Shown here: positions 18,699-27,536 of the stretch, in pieces
How positions within the stretch are numbered: position 1 is the first letter of the stretch
Layout of the letters: each line of letters opens with the position of its first letter
Assembly: GCA_964373885.1 (NCBI GenBank)
Contig: CAYJWM010000001.1
Coordinates: 5,580 to 69,579, forward strand
Length of the DNA stretch: 64,000 nt
DNA from: an uncultured bacterium
GTDB lineage: Bacteria; Omnitrophota; Omnitrophia; Omnitrophales; Danuiimicrobiaceae
Direction: 5' to 3'
Notes under the pieces: model-generated
Database searches by the model: none
What the model was told of the DNA's origin: nothing
The model's input: the letters and a program-made list of their open reading frames with translations, nothing else
Program-made: the position numbers and the translations under genes

Positions 18699-19889
18699 CT
18701 ATTTCCGCTCGACGACAATGGCCCCGCCCTGGCCGCCGCCGACACACATGGTAGCCAAACCCAAGAACAGATTTCGCCGCTTCATTTCATGCAAAAGAGT
18801 GACGACCAGCCGCGCCCCGCTGGTACCTACCGGATGACCGAGCGCAATGGCACCCCCGTTGACATTCGCAATGTTTCGGTCAAATTTCATGACACGCTCG
18901 CAGGCAATGAATTGGACCGCAAACGCTTCGTTCAATTCAATCAATTGAATATTTGAAAGCGAAAGTCCTGCCCGTTTCAGAGCAATCGGAACGGCACAGG
19001 TGGGACCTATCCCCATACGTTCGGGCTCGACACCGGCGAAACCGTAGGACCGAACCCATCCGAACGGCTTCATGCCCAACGATTTTGCCTTCTCTTCACT
19101 CATGAGCAGGACGCACGCGGCCCCATCCGAAATGGGGCACGAGTTGCCGGGAGTAACGGAACCGTTTTCCTTAAAAATAGCCGGATATTGCGACAGAATT
19201 TGTTCCGTAAGCCCGGGATTAGGCCCTTCGTCCTGAATGACTGCTTCGGGCGGGAGCTCTTTTCCGAGCACTTTTTTGGGAACCAGCACTTTCACAAGTT
19301 CATCTTTGAATTTGCCTTCACGCGTCGCGCGAAATGCCCGTTGATGTGAAAGCAAAGCAAATTGATCCTGATCTTTACGCGAAATATTAAACTCCGCCGC
19401 CAAGTTTTCCGCCGTCTCTCCCATGATCTGTTTGCACATGGGGTCCGTCAGACCTTCCCACACCGTATCGATCATCACCGAATGTCTTAGTTTTCTTCCG
19501 AAACGCAGGTCGCGGTTGACATAAGGCGCACCCGACATGGATTCGGTGCCGCCGGCAATCACCACATCCGCCTCACCGAGCATAATCATTTGAGCGCCGG
19601 AAACAATTGCCTGAAGGCCCGAAGCGCAATTGCGCTGGACGGTAAAAGCGATCACTTCCTTAGGTAGCCCGGCCATTAAGGCAAGGACGCGGGCGATATT
19701 GGGCGCATCGCTTTGCTGGCCCACACAACCGAAAATAACCTCTTGAACTTCCTTGGGATTCACCTTGGTGCGCTCGAGAATCCCGCGCACCACCGTTTCC
19801 CCCAGTTTTTGAGCAGTCACGTCCCTGAGAACGCCGCCCAAATTCCCTTGAGGAGTTCGAACCCCATCTATGATCACAACCGACTTCAT
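18699..19889 (-). CDS. Acetyl-CoA acetyltransferase / 3-ketoacyl-CoA thiolase
   Basis: Thiolase blocks (NCASGLQAI, NVNGGAIALGHPVGTSGARL, C-terminal CVGGGQGGA). Confidence 0.9.
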   Translation of the reverse strand: MKSVVIIDGVRTPQGNLGGVLRDVTAQKLGETVVRGILERTKVNPKEVQEVIFGCVGQQSDAPNIARVLALMAGLPKEVIAFTVQRNCASGLQAIVSGAQMIMLGEADVVIAGGTESMSGAPYVNRDLRFGRKLRHSVMIDTVWEGLTDPMCKQIMGETAENLAAEFNISRKDQDQFALLSHQRAFRATREGKFKDELVKVLVPKKVLGKELPPEAVIQDEGPNPGLTEQILSQYPAIFKENGSVTPGNSCPISDGAACVLLMSEEKAKSLGMKPFGWVRSYGFAGVEPERMGIGPTCAVPIALKRAGLSLSNIQLIELNEAFAVQFIACERVMKFDRNIANVNGGAIALGHPVGTSGARLVVTLLHEMKRRNLFLGLATMCVGGGQGGAIVVERK

Positions 19890-20066
19890 GATTTCACCTA
19901 AAAATGAAAAAGACCTGGGCCGCCCCCGGGCCGCATCTTCCAGTCATAAGTGATTGATTTATCATTAGTTAAAGAGAGTTTAACATAGGAAAAAGTTCGT
20001 GTCAAACAATCCCATCTATAAATTTTATCAATAGGATCGGGATAGCCCCTGTGGGGCAATTGCCGC

Positions 20067-22130
20067 CTACGTTTTCTCCTCCGCCAATTGTTTTATCTCC
20101 GTCAATTGTTCTTTGGCCTTCTCCTCGCCAATCCGGATAAACTTTACGGCTGAATAAAATTCCGCCCAATGGGCATCGGTCAAGACCGGCCGAATCAAGA
20201 TATCGGCTTCGCGGGACGCCGAATCCGCGATCCCATATTCCAAAAACTGAATGGTATTCATCAGCACGTTAAAAATGTTGGGGCGATATCTCCGAATGAC
20301 GCGGCCGCGCAACGCTACCCAAAGGCGAATCAGCGGATTCTTCTTGGCCGCCAGTGCATCGGTCGCGGCACGTTTCGCCTCATAATATCCCTTGCGTTGA
20401 AGATGTTCCTCTGGTGCGGAGAGAACGTTCACTGCGATAATTTTTTTCACACCGTAGCGGTTAAGCACCTTGACGGGAAGCGGATCCACCACCCCCCCGT
20501 CAATCAGATATTGGCCATTGCACGAAGTGGGGCGAAAAATACCGGGAATGGAAATGCTGGCGCGCACGGCATCCGCCACATTGCCTTCGTCGATAATCAC
20601 TTCCTCGCCCGTGAACAAATTGGCGGTGACCACTTTCAACGGGACGTGAAGATCGCGAAAGGTTTTGGCGCCCAGATGTGATTTCAAAAATTGGCCCATC
20701 TGATTTCCTTTAAAAAACCCGTGATGCGGAAGTGAAAAATCGCGGAAACCGATCAATTTAAAAAATACAGATCGTTCGGTGAGTCCGGAGGCGATCTCCT
20801 CCATGGCATCGGCATTCAGGCCGCTCGCCCAAAAAGCGGCCACCAACGCGCCAATCGAAGAACCCGCCACGATATCGACCGGGATATGCTCCCGCTCCAA
20901 AACGCGAATCACGCCGATGTGCGCAAATCCGAACGCCGCACCGCTTCCCAGCGCAAGGCCGATCAGGGAGCCCGTCAAACCGCGGGCCAAAAAACGGATG
21001 GCTTTTGAATAGCCGCTTTCCGGATGAGACAAAACGAAAGGGATTTCCTCATGGCTTGGCGTCAAGAGGCCGTCTTCAAGCGGGAGCGTAAAAAAGATTT
21101 CGCTTGCGGCAAGACTACCGGATTTTTGGACCAGCATCGGATCCAACAGATGGTCCTTCTGCTCGCAAAGGATCCAGCGGATTTTATCGGGCGTAAATCC
21201 GAAAGACGTTTTAAACTCTTCGAGCGAACGTTTTACTTCGGAAGCATCGCGATCTTTTTCGCCTGTCAAAAAATAAATCAGGTCGGACTGCTGAATCGCT
21301 TTGACCCCCACCTCCCCAAACACGGCGGGAAGGTTTAAAAGCACAAAATCATAATGTTCAGCCAAAGACGTCAGCAGCAAAGCCACCTGTTTTTCATTGT
21401 CTGTGCCGGCCGGACCCGTTCGCAGATTCAAAAAATGGAATCCGCCTTTGAGTTCTCCGATCGCTTTTCGGACAGCGTCAAAATCACCGGAAGCGGCTTC
21501 TTGCAGCATGAATGCCTTAACTTTCCTGGGTTCCGCCGCCTGATCTGCATGCTCCATCGAGACCACAACCACCTGCTTTTTTCCTTCCAAAACCAGCATG
21601 GCCGCCAGATTGGGAAGAAAACTATTTTTTTCTAAATCGGCACCGAGACTGCAGACGGAAATAATTTTCGTCTCCGCCACTTCCCGCCCTTTCGGGCCCA
21701 ACGCCAGCCGATGGCCCAATGTCCTTCCCAAGTGAAGCGAAAGGGACGGAATTTCGTTGAGCAGGGTTAAAAAATCATTTTTGGCGATTCGGAGCGCCAA
21801 TCCGTCATTTTTGGCTTCAATGGTCGCGCTGTGTGTGCGCCCGACCAAAATAGAACTTTCGCCGAAATAATCGCCCTGGGAAAGCGTGATGAGCGTGTTT
21901 CCTTTGGGGCCGATGACGCGAAAACGCCCTGAAAGAATGACGTAAAATGCTTCGGGCTCTTCCCCGATACGGAACACGATATCCCCTTTTTTGTATTCCA
22001 CCAGCCGGATTTTGTCCTCAACCAAAGCAAGTTCCTGGGGGCCTAAAGTTGAAAAAAGCGGGATTTTGGAAATCGGAATTTTACTTTTTGCTTCCGCCTT
22101 TTTCCAAAATTGAAGAAAATCGAAAGGCAT
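20067..22130 (-). CDS. Cyclic-nucleotide-binding-domain protein with a central degenerate ParA/MinD-like domain and a C-terminal patatin-like phospholipase (bacterial NTE-like lipase)
   Basis: N-terminal CAP-type cNMP domain (FGESSILVGRTHSATIEA). The middle region resembles ParA/MinD but lacks the Walker-A lysine (ISVCSLGADLEKNS; D-F-V-L-L-N-L-P). The C-terminus is a patatin domain with an oxyanion Gly-rich loop (GLALGSGAAFGFAHIG) and a GxSxG motif (GSSIG). Confidence 0.85.
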   Translation of the reverse strand: MPFDFLQFWKKAEAKSKIPISKIPLFSTLGPQELALVEDKIRLVEYKKGDIVFRIGEEPEAFYVILSGRFRVIGPKGNTLITLSQGDYFGESSILVGRTHSATIEAKNDGLALRIAKNDFLTLLNEIPSLSLHLGRTLGHRLALGPKGREVAETKIISVCSLGADLEKNSFLPNLAAMLVLEGKKQVVVVSMEHADQAAEPRKVKAFMLQEAASGDFDAVRKAIGELKGGFHFLNLRTGPAGTDNEKQVALLLTSLAEHYDFVLLNLPAVFGEVGVKAIQQSDLIYFLTGEKDRDASEVKRSLEEFKTSFGFTPDKIRWILCEQKDHLLDPMLVQKSGSLAASEIFFTLPLEDGLLTPSHEEIPFVLSHPESGYSKAIRFLARGLTGSLIGLALGSGAAFGFAHIGVIRVLEREHIPVDIVAGSSIGALVAAFWASGLNADAMEEIASGLTERSVFFKLIGFRDFSLPHHGFFKGNQMGQFLKSHLGAKTFRDLHVPLKVVTANLFTGEEVIIDEGNVADAVRASISIPGIFRPTSCNGQYLIDGGVVDPLPVKVLNRYGVKKIIAVNVLSAPEEHLQRKGYYEAKRAATDALAAKKNPLIRLWVALRGRVIRRYRPNIFNVLMNTIQFLEYGIADSASREADILIRPVLTDAHWAEFYSAVKFIRIGEEKAKEQLTEIKQLAEEKT

Positions 22131-22249
22131 GGCTCTCCAACGGTTAGCGTGTCACGGTTATTTTCGGCGTCATGCTTGACAGACAGCCGGCTTTGTGGTG
22201 CGTGCCCGTTAAAAATTACCTGATTTTAAGCAAAAAGGCAACATTCATA

Positions 22250-22536
22250 CTTAGAGCACCTAACAAAAGTACCGCATGAATCGCGTTCGGTCAAAAATAG
22301 TCCAGATGCAAGGACAAGCGACGATGGCGTATCAAAGCTTGATACGCCGAGGAGCTTGGACGCCGCAGATGGGCTATTTTTGCCCAAACCCGAAGGGACG
22401 CGGCGATTTATGACCCCATACGGCGTCACTCGTCGTCGGCGTATTGAGATTTCAATACGCCTTCCTCCTCGTTCCTTGTCTGGGTTCAAAATCTCTCGCG
22501 TCGCGATCATGGGGTACTTTTGTTAGGTGCTCTTAG
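22250..22536. repeat. Structured non-coding element of about 290 bp bounded by 22-24-bp terminal inverted repeats and packed with strong internal hairpins (MITE-like or structured RNA)
   Basis: Left arm CTTAGAGCACCTAACAAAAGTACC at 22250-22273. Right arm GGTACTTTTGTTAGGTGCTCTTAG at 22513-22536 (one mismatch). Internal 10-bp-stem hairpins at 22326-22348 (GGCGTATCAA/TTGATACGCC) and 22438-22461 (GGCGTATTGA/TCAATACGCC), plus nested GC stems at 22358-22425. Confidence 0.55.
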
Positions 22537-22585
22537 ACTTTAAGCGTTAAGGTATCGGCCAAATCGGGAGGAAAAATGAGGAGAA

Positions 22586-24079
22586 CTAGGAAATCAGCCT
22601 TTGAACGGCGTTTCGCCAGCGGTTCATCATGAGACGAACGTCTCGTGGTCTCATCCGTGGCATGAAGCGAACATAGTGAACGTTTCGATCGATTGCCGTG
22701 AGCCGAGGCCAAAAGTCAGACGCCAAACCCGCCAGCTTTGCGGCTCCCCAAGCAGTAGACTCGGACATGCTGGTTTGCAACACGGGCACGCCCAATAAAT
22801 CCGCCTGCAGCTGCATCAAATAACGATTTTGGCTTGCGCCGCCGTCCACTTTTAAAGCCGAAAGGCGAACGCCACTTTCTTTTTTGAAGCAATCGAAAAT
22901 TTCCCTCACTTGAAAAGCGATTGAATCCAGCGTCGCTTTCACAATATCCTCACGCGTGCTTCCGCGCGTCAGACCGAAAATAGCGCCGCGCACGTCCGGG
23001 CGCCAATAAGGCGCGCCCAGTCCCGTAAAGGCCGGCACGACAACCACCTCGCCTGCCCGATCTGCCTTAAGCGCCATAAACTCGGTTTCACTCGAACGCT
23101 GAATCACACGAAGCCCGTCACGCAACCATTGAACCGCCGCCCCGCCGATAAAAACGGCCCCTTCCAGCGCATAAGCAGGATTTCCTCTTTCATCACAGGC
23201 AATGGTCGTCAAAAGCCCGTAACGCGAATGAATCAAACGTGGACCCGTGTTCACCAATAAAAAACAACCGGTCCCATATGTGTTTTTGCTTTCACCCGCA
23301 TGATAGCAACCCTGACCAAAAAGCGCCGCCTGCTGATCACCCAGTACACCGTAAATGGGGATACCGTCCGGAAGCGGAGCAAATCGCTTGGTCACGCCGA
23401 AGCGGCTGTTGGAAGGTTTCGCCTCGGGCAGAACAGCCTGGGGGACATGAAGAATTTTCGCAAGCCGCAAATCCCATTCTTTTCGCTTTAAATCAAAAAG
23501 AAGCGTTCGGGATGCGTTGGTAAAATCGGTGGCGTGCGTGCGCTTGCCCGTCAAGTGAAACAAAAGCCAGCTGTCCATGGTGCCAAACAGCACTTGTCCG
23601 TTGCGGGCTTTTCGTCGGAGCGAAGCATCGTGGTCAAAACGCCATCTCAATTTTGTTCCTGAAAAATAAGGATCCAAGCAAAGACCGGTTTTTTTCCGAA
23701 ATTCCGGCTCAAACCCACTTGCTTTTAGCTCGCGGCATATGTCCTCCGTCCGCCTATCCTGCCACACAATGGCATGCCCCAGCGGCTCACCTGAAAGCCG
23801 ATTCCAAAGAACGGTGGTTTCACGCTGATTGGTGATTCCGATCGCATGAATTTTGCCGCCTGAAATCCGCGCTTTGCGAAGTGCTCCTCCGATGACTTGT
23901 TTCACCGACTTAATAATTTCCGCCGCATCATGCTCCACCCAAGCCGGTTTTGGATAATGCTGGCGAAATTCAGCATAGGCAGATGTCTTCATCCGGCCAC
24001 TGGAATCATAAAGAATGGCACGACTGCCGGTTGTGCCCTGGTCAATCGCCAGAATATACCCGCCGGCTTTTATGGCCAT
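22586..24079 (-). CDS. glpK: Glycerol kinase
   Basis: AIDQGTTGSRAILYD...YPKPAWVEHDAAEI...GITNQRETTVLWN...AIVWQDRRT. These align closely with E. coli GlpK. Confidence 0.9.
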   Translation of the reverse strand: MAIKAGGYILAIDQGTTGSRAILYDSSGRMKTSAYAEFRQHYPKPAWVEHDAAEIIKSVKQVIGGALRKARISGGKIHAIGITNQRETTVLWNRLSGEPLGHAIVWQDRRTEDICRELKASGFEPEFRKKTGLCLDPYFSGTKLRWRFDHDASLRRKARNGQVLFGTMDSWLLFHLTGKRTHATDFTNASRTLLFDLKRKEWDLRLAKILHVPQAVLPEAKPSNSRFGVTKRFAPLPDGIPIYGVLGDQQAALFGQGCYHAGESKNTYGTGCFLLVNTGPRLIHSRYGLLTTIACDERGNPAYALEGAVFIGGAAVQWLRDGLRVIQRSSETEFMALKADRAGEVVVVPAFTGLGAPYWRPDVRGAIFGLTRGSTREDIVKATLDSIAFQVREIFDCFKKESGVRLSALKVDGGASQNRYLMQLQADLLGVPVLQTSMSESTAWGAAKLAGLASDFWPRLTAIDRNVHYVRFMPRMRPRDVRLMMNRWRNAVQRLIS

Positions 24080-24191
24080 GCTAATCTGGTATTTGGGAAG
24101 ATTGCTGGAAAGAACTGCTCATGCAGACTATTTAATACTTTTTAAATATCTTGAATGAATCATTAAAGGAAATTTGGCTGGTTGATTTAAA

Positions 24192-24584
24192 TCAAACGAT
24201 TTCGGGAAGTTCTTCGGGATCAATATAATCGTTTACTTTGGTTTCGAGCCAATGATTATAGGCATAATCCAACGCCCTAAACTTGTCCACCGGATCAATC
24301 ATCAAGAAACAAACCCCATGCTCAAAGCCGTCACCGGCACCTTTGGACGGCTTGCTCCACGCAATCTTGCCGGTCGTGCGAATCGGCCTGGGATCATCGG
24401 GGATGTGAATTTCCAGGTCCACAAGTGCCCCGTCTTTAAGCGGCGTGGCCGAACTGAGTTTCAACCCGTTTCGAGACAGGTCCTGCGAAAGCCCGGAGCC
24501 CTTACTCCCCCCTGTTTCCTGAGAGCGGAATTGCACATCCATATAGGCATCGAAACGCTTGAACTTACGCCTTTCTTTTCCCAT
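24192..24584 (-). CDS. PilZ-domain protein (c-di-GMP receptor)
   Basis: RKFKR (RxxxR) followed about 28 aa later by DLSRNG (DxSxxG). Confidence 0.75.
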   Translation of the reverse strand: MGKERRKFKRFDAYMDVQFRSQETGGSKGSGLSQDLSRNGLKLSSATPLKDGALVDLEIHIPDDPRPIRTTGKIAWSKPSKGAGDGFEHGVCFLMIDPVDKFRALDYAYNHWLETKVNDYIDPEELPEIV

Positions 24585-24772
24585 TTTTCCACCCTCCTTT
24601 CGTTTCGTCTTTTTTTCTTAAGTCCCTATAAACACTTGACTTAAGCATACTTTCTTTATCCGATAAAATAAGTATAACACATGGCTCTTAAATTACAAGC
24701 CATTGGAACAATTTTTTTGAATTTTTTTTTGGGGGGGCCTGCCCCAAAGTAGCCCTAAAATACCGAACGAGG

Positions 24773-25273
24773 TCATCGATAATTCACGAATTGAAGTGGT
24801 ATTTCGACCGGAGAACTGTCCCTAAGGATTTGGATTACCGTTTGAAGTTCATCCTTCGAACGGGAGGAAACCCGAATTTGATCGCTCCGAATGGAGGGCT
24901 GAACTTTAAGTTTTAAATCCTTGATGCATTTAACAATTTCTTTGGCGTGATCTTGCGAGAGCCCTTGAAGGACCTCGGCTGTTTGGCGGATCAATCCATC
25001 CATGGCTTTCTCGGGGGTGCTGTACGAAACGGCTTTCACCGAAACCCCCCGTTTGGCAAGCTTGGTCTTCAACATGTCGATGATGTTATTTAACTTCATA
25101 TCGTCATCGGCAAGAATTAGGATTTTTTTCTCCTCTCGATTAAATGAAATGCCGCTCCGGCTTCCTTTGAAATCAAAGCGGGTTTTGATCTCCTTAAGCG
25201 TCTGATTGACGGCATTGTCGATTTCCTGAAGGTTTACCTGGGAAACAATGTCAAAGGAAAAATCTGCCGCCAT
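24773..25273 (-). CDS. yajQ: YajQ-family nucleotide/c-di-GMP-binding protein (UPF0234)
   Basis: SFDIVSQVNLQEIDNAVNQ N-terminus typical of YajQ, about 165 aa. Confidence 0.85.
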   Translation of the reverse strand: MAADFSFDIVSQVNLQEIDNAVNQTLKEIKTRFDFKGSRSGISFNREEKKILILADDDMKLNNIIDMLKTKLAKRGVSVKAVSYSTPEKAMDGLIRQTAEVLQGLSQDHAKEIVKCIKDLKLKVQPSIRSDQIRVSSRSKDELQTVIQILRDSSPVEIPLQFVNYR

Positions 25274-25275
25274 AC

Positions 25276-25626
25276 TCAAGACGATTGAGCTAGAAAATGC
25301 TCGAGGGAAGATTTCTGTTCCGGCTTTAAATTCAAAAACTCAATTCCGGTGTCAAAGGTCACTTTTCCGGAGGCCGGATTTTTGCTCCGGACGATCCACA
25401 CCACGCGGCCTTCGCAATCGATTGGGGGCTCCTGTTTGGACAGTGCCAGATGAAACCAAACCTGCGAGAGTTTGGACAACTCTTCTTTCAAAATGACGCA
25501 GACACCGCCCCTCCCGATATTTTCGGTGCGTGCTTTGATGGCTCCGTGCCCGTGGTCCTTAATTAAAATCTCACATTCGGCACTCAGCCGTGGAAATTGA
25601 CGCTGGTCCAATCCGGTCCAACCCAT
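25276..25626 (-). CDS. PilZ-domain protein (c-di-GMP receptor)
   Basis: RQFPR (RxxxR) ... NIGRGG (variant of D/NxSxxG), 116 aa. Confidence 0.7.
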   Translation of the reverse strand: MGWTGLDQRQFPRLSAECEILIKDHGHGAIKARTENIGRGGVCVILKEELSKLSQVWFHLALSKQEPPIDCEGRVVWIVRSKNPASGKVTFDTGIEFLNLKPEQKSSLEHFLAQSS

Positions 25627-25640
25627 AGTGGCGGGAATCC

Positions 25641-26420
25641 TTATAGAGATTGAATAAATGAATCCGAGAATTTTTGAAACAATTCTGTTTTACGAAATTC
25701 TGCCAGTTGGGTTTTCGCCTGACCATAGCTCGGAACCCGATCCAAAAATACGACATAAAGCGGAATTCGCTCGGCCTGAGAAAACGACTGCTTGTAAAAA
25801 GCCGAAAAATGAAGCGTCTGAAGTTGCTTCACCAATTCTTGCGCATCCCGAATGCGCTGATAGGTGCACACCTGCACGGCGTAAAATCTTTGCTTGGCTG
25901 CCGTCTCGGACGACTGCTTCGCTGCCGGCGGATTTGCGGCGGGCATGTCTCCTCGGTGGGAGGCGGGAGGCGCTTGCGGCGACGCGACCTTTTGGGCGGG
26001 GATGGAAACGCTTGGGAGCGTTTCGGAGGGTTCCGAAGACGGGCTTATTTCTTGTGTGTGAAGGACAAAGCCCTGAAATTTTCTATCGGCTAGCCACCCG
26101 CCCACACTTTGAACGATTAAAACGGCAGCGATCAATATAATTCCAAGGGATCCCGCCATCTTCCACGGAAAGTTGGCCCCATAACGGCGAAATGCCTGAG
26201 CCCAAGCATGGGCAAGCGCTTTCCATTCACCCGCTACGTCGATTTTCTTCTTGTTTGGGATCGATTTTTTCGGGGTGAGCGCAGGCGGCGGGATTATCCG
26301 GGAAGGGACGGAAGCGGAATTGTTTCCTTTGTGATATTTGCCATACAATCGTTCCTGGATTTGTTTTTCATCCAGGGTGTTGAGTGAGTCTTCTTTTGAT
26401 TTCTGTGACAATAAATTCAT
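25641..26420 (-). CDS. Membrane-anchored SPOR-domain protein
   Basis: One TM helix, a Pro/Ala/Ser-rich linker and a C-terminal SPOR-like block (FYAVQVCTYQRIRDAQELVKQL...YVVFLDRVPSYGQA). Confidence 0.7.
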   Translation of the reverse strand: MNLLSQKSKEDSLNTLDEKQIQERLYGKYHKGNNSASVPSRIIPPPALTPKKSIPNKKKIDVAGEWKALAHAWAQAFRRYGANFPWKMAGSLGIILIAAVLIVQSVGGWLADRKFQGFVLHTQEISPSSEPSETLPSVSIPAQKVASPQAPPASHRGDMPAANPPAAKQSSETAAKQRFYAVQVCTYQRIRDAQELVKQLQTLHFSAFYKQSFSQAERIPLYVVFLDRVPSYGQAKTQLAEFRKTELFQKFSDSFIQSL

Positions 26421-26462
26421 GTACGTGTTTCTTCCTCCGCCTATGTCCCCGATCCGAATCGT

Positions 26463-26960
26463 CTAAGCCGCTGAACTGCTTTTTGAAAGCAATGGTTTCT
26501 CTTTCAAAAAAAGCGCCAACTTCAACAATTCTTGCGATCCCAGGTTGAGCCGCGCCCTTGGGACAAATCCTTTCCGCTCACATAAATGGACCGCGCGGTC
26601 CATCGTGGAAGTGGTTTTAATAACGATTTCGTCATACCCCACTTCTCTGCAGAATTCAATGGCGCGATCCAGGAGTTGAACGCCGACTTTTTTCCGCCGG
26701 CAATCCGGCGCGACGAACAAACGCCTCAGAAGCGCGACGCGTTCGTCCTCGCGTTTCACGCCGACCGTTCCGACCACGCGCCCATCCATGGCCGCCACGA
26801 AAAACGCTTCTCCAAGCTTGCCGTAAGAAGCAAGGATGTCATTCAAATCCTTTGTGGGGTACGCTTGAGCTTCCTTTGGAAATTCCTGGTTTAACACCGA
26901 AATCACCAGCTCGCGCACAGCTTGCACATCACCGGACTGGCACTTGCGTATCGTCAGCAT
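26463..26960 (-). CDS. GNAT family N-acetyltransferase
   Basis: RRLFVAPDCRRKKVGVQLLDRAIEFC acetyl-CoA-binding motif (R/Q-x-x-G-x-G/A). Confidence 0.8.
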   Translation of the reverse strand: MLTIRKCQSGDVQAVRELVISVLNQEFPKEAQAYPTKDLNDILASYGKLGEAFFVAAMDGRVVGTVGVKREDERVALLRRLFVAPDCRRKKVGVQLLDRAIEFCREVGYDEIVIKTTSTMDRAVHLCERKGFVPRARLNLGSQELLKLALFLKEKPLLSKSSSAA

Positions 26961-26975
26961 GAATGGCTTTACTTG

Positions 26976-27302
26976 TTATTTGCCCTTTTCTTTGGGTTTT
27001 TCAGTTTTCGCCTTCTCGGATGTCTTTTGAGCCGGAGCCGGTGTTTTTCCTGCAGCTGCCGGAGCTTGGGCGGCAGATGTCTGAGTCGCAGCGGCGCCTT
27101 CCGCCGGTGCTGCTTCCTCTTTTGCCGCTTTCTCTTTCTTGACCTTAATTTTGAGAAGTTTTAGCTTGGGAAGATTGTAAACGCTTTCGCGTTCTTTCCA
27201 TTTCTCCGTCTCTTTTAAGACACGGACCCGCTCATGACGTTTCAGCACATTTCGGTGGCGAACTCCTACCGCGGAAGCCCTTAAACTGTTGTGTTGACTC
27301 AT
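26976..27302 (-). CDS. Small basic protein with a histone-H1-like Lys/Ala/Pro-rich C-terminal tail
   Basis: MSQHNSLRASAVGVRHRNVLKRHERVRVLKETEKWKERE... followed by a KKEKAAKEEAAPAE...KTEKPKEKGK tail. The ATG at 27302 has a strong SD (AGGGAGAG) 6 nt upstream. No family assignment. Confidence 0.5.
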   Translation of the reverse strand: MSQHNSLRASAVGVRHRNVLKRHERVRVLKETEKWKERESVYNLPKLKLLKIKVKKEKAAKEEAAPAEGAAATQTSAAQAPAAAGKTPAPAQKTSEKAKTEKPKEKGK

Positions 27303-27410
27303 TGCTCTCCCTTTCAGACGCATATTGTAACCAATCGCAAGCACTTTTTCTAGAAAAATTCGAAGTTTTTTGTCCGGCCGGACTAAAGAGAAAAGCTAGT
27401 ACGGCTTCAA

Positions 27411-27440
27411 GATTGAAATTGCCAGTCGGCAATTTCAATC
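27411..27440. promoter_or_regulatory. Perfect 13-4-13 palindrome (GATTGAAATTGCC-AGTC-GGCAATTTCAATC), a candidate operator or terminator upstream of the basic-protein gene. A second perfect 12-bp palindrome GTCCGGCCGGAC lies at 27372-27383.
   Basis: Perfect inverted repeats seen directly in the sequence, located in the leader between the SPOR gene and the basic-protein gene. Confidence 0.35.
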
Positions 27441-27536
27441 ACGTACAGTGCCGTGATCCCATAAAATCAAAATTGACACGGTACTAGGAGGGGTGGTACA
27501 CAAGCAAAAACGGAAATGTGACAACCCGGCGGGAGC

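Noticed and set aside
19890-20066. GC-rich stem plus T5 run (19925-19950, minus-strand sense) as the patatin-gene terminator and thiolase promoter region
   Set aside because: The stem pairing is ambiguous (GGGCCGCCCCCGGGCCGC is a direct repeat, not an inverted one). It is plausible but not supportable by eye.
22226-22510. 94-aa ORF inside the TIR-bounded hairpin element
   Set aside because: The sequence is dominated by palindromes, and the composition (poly-R/S) looks like a translation of structured DNA, not a protein.
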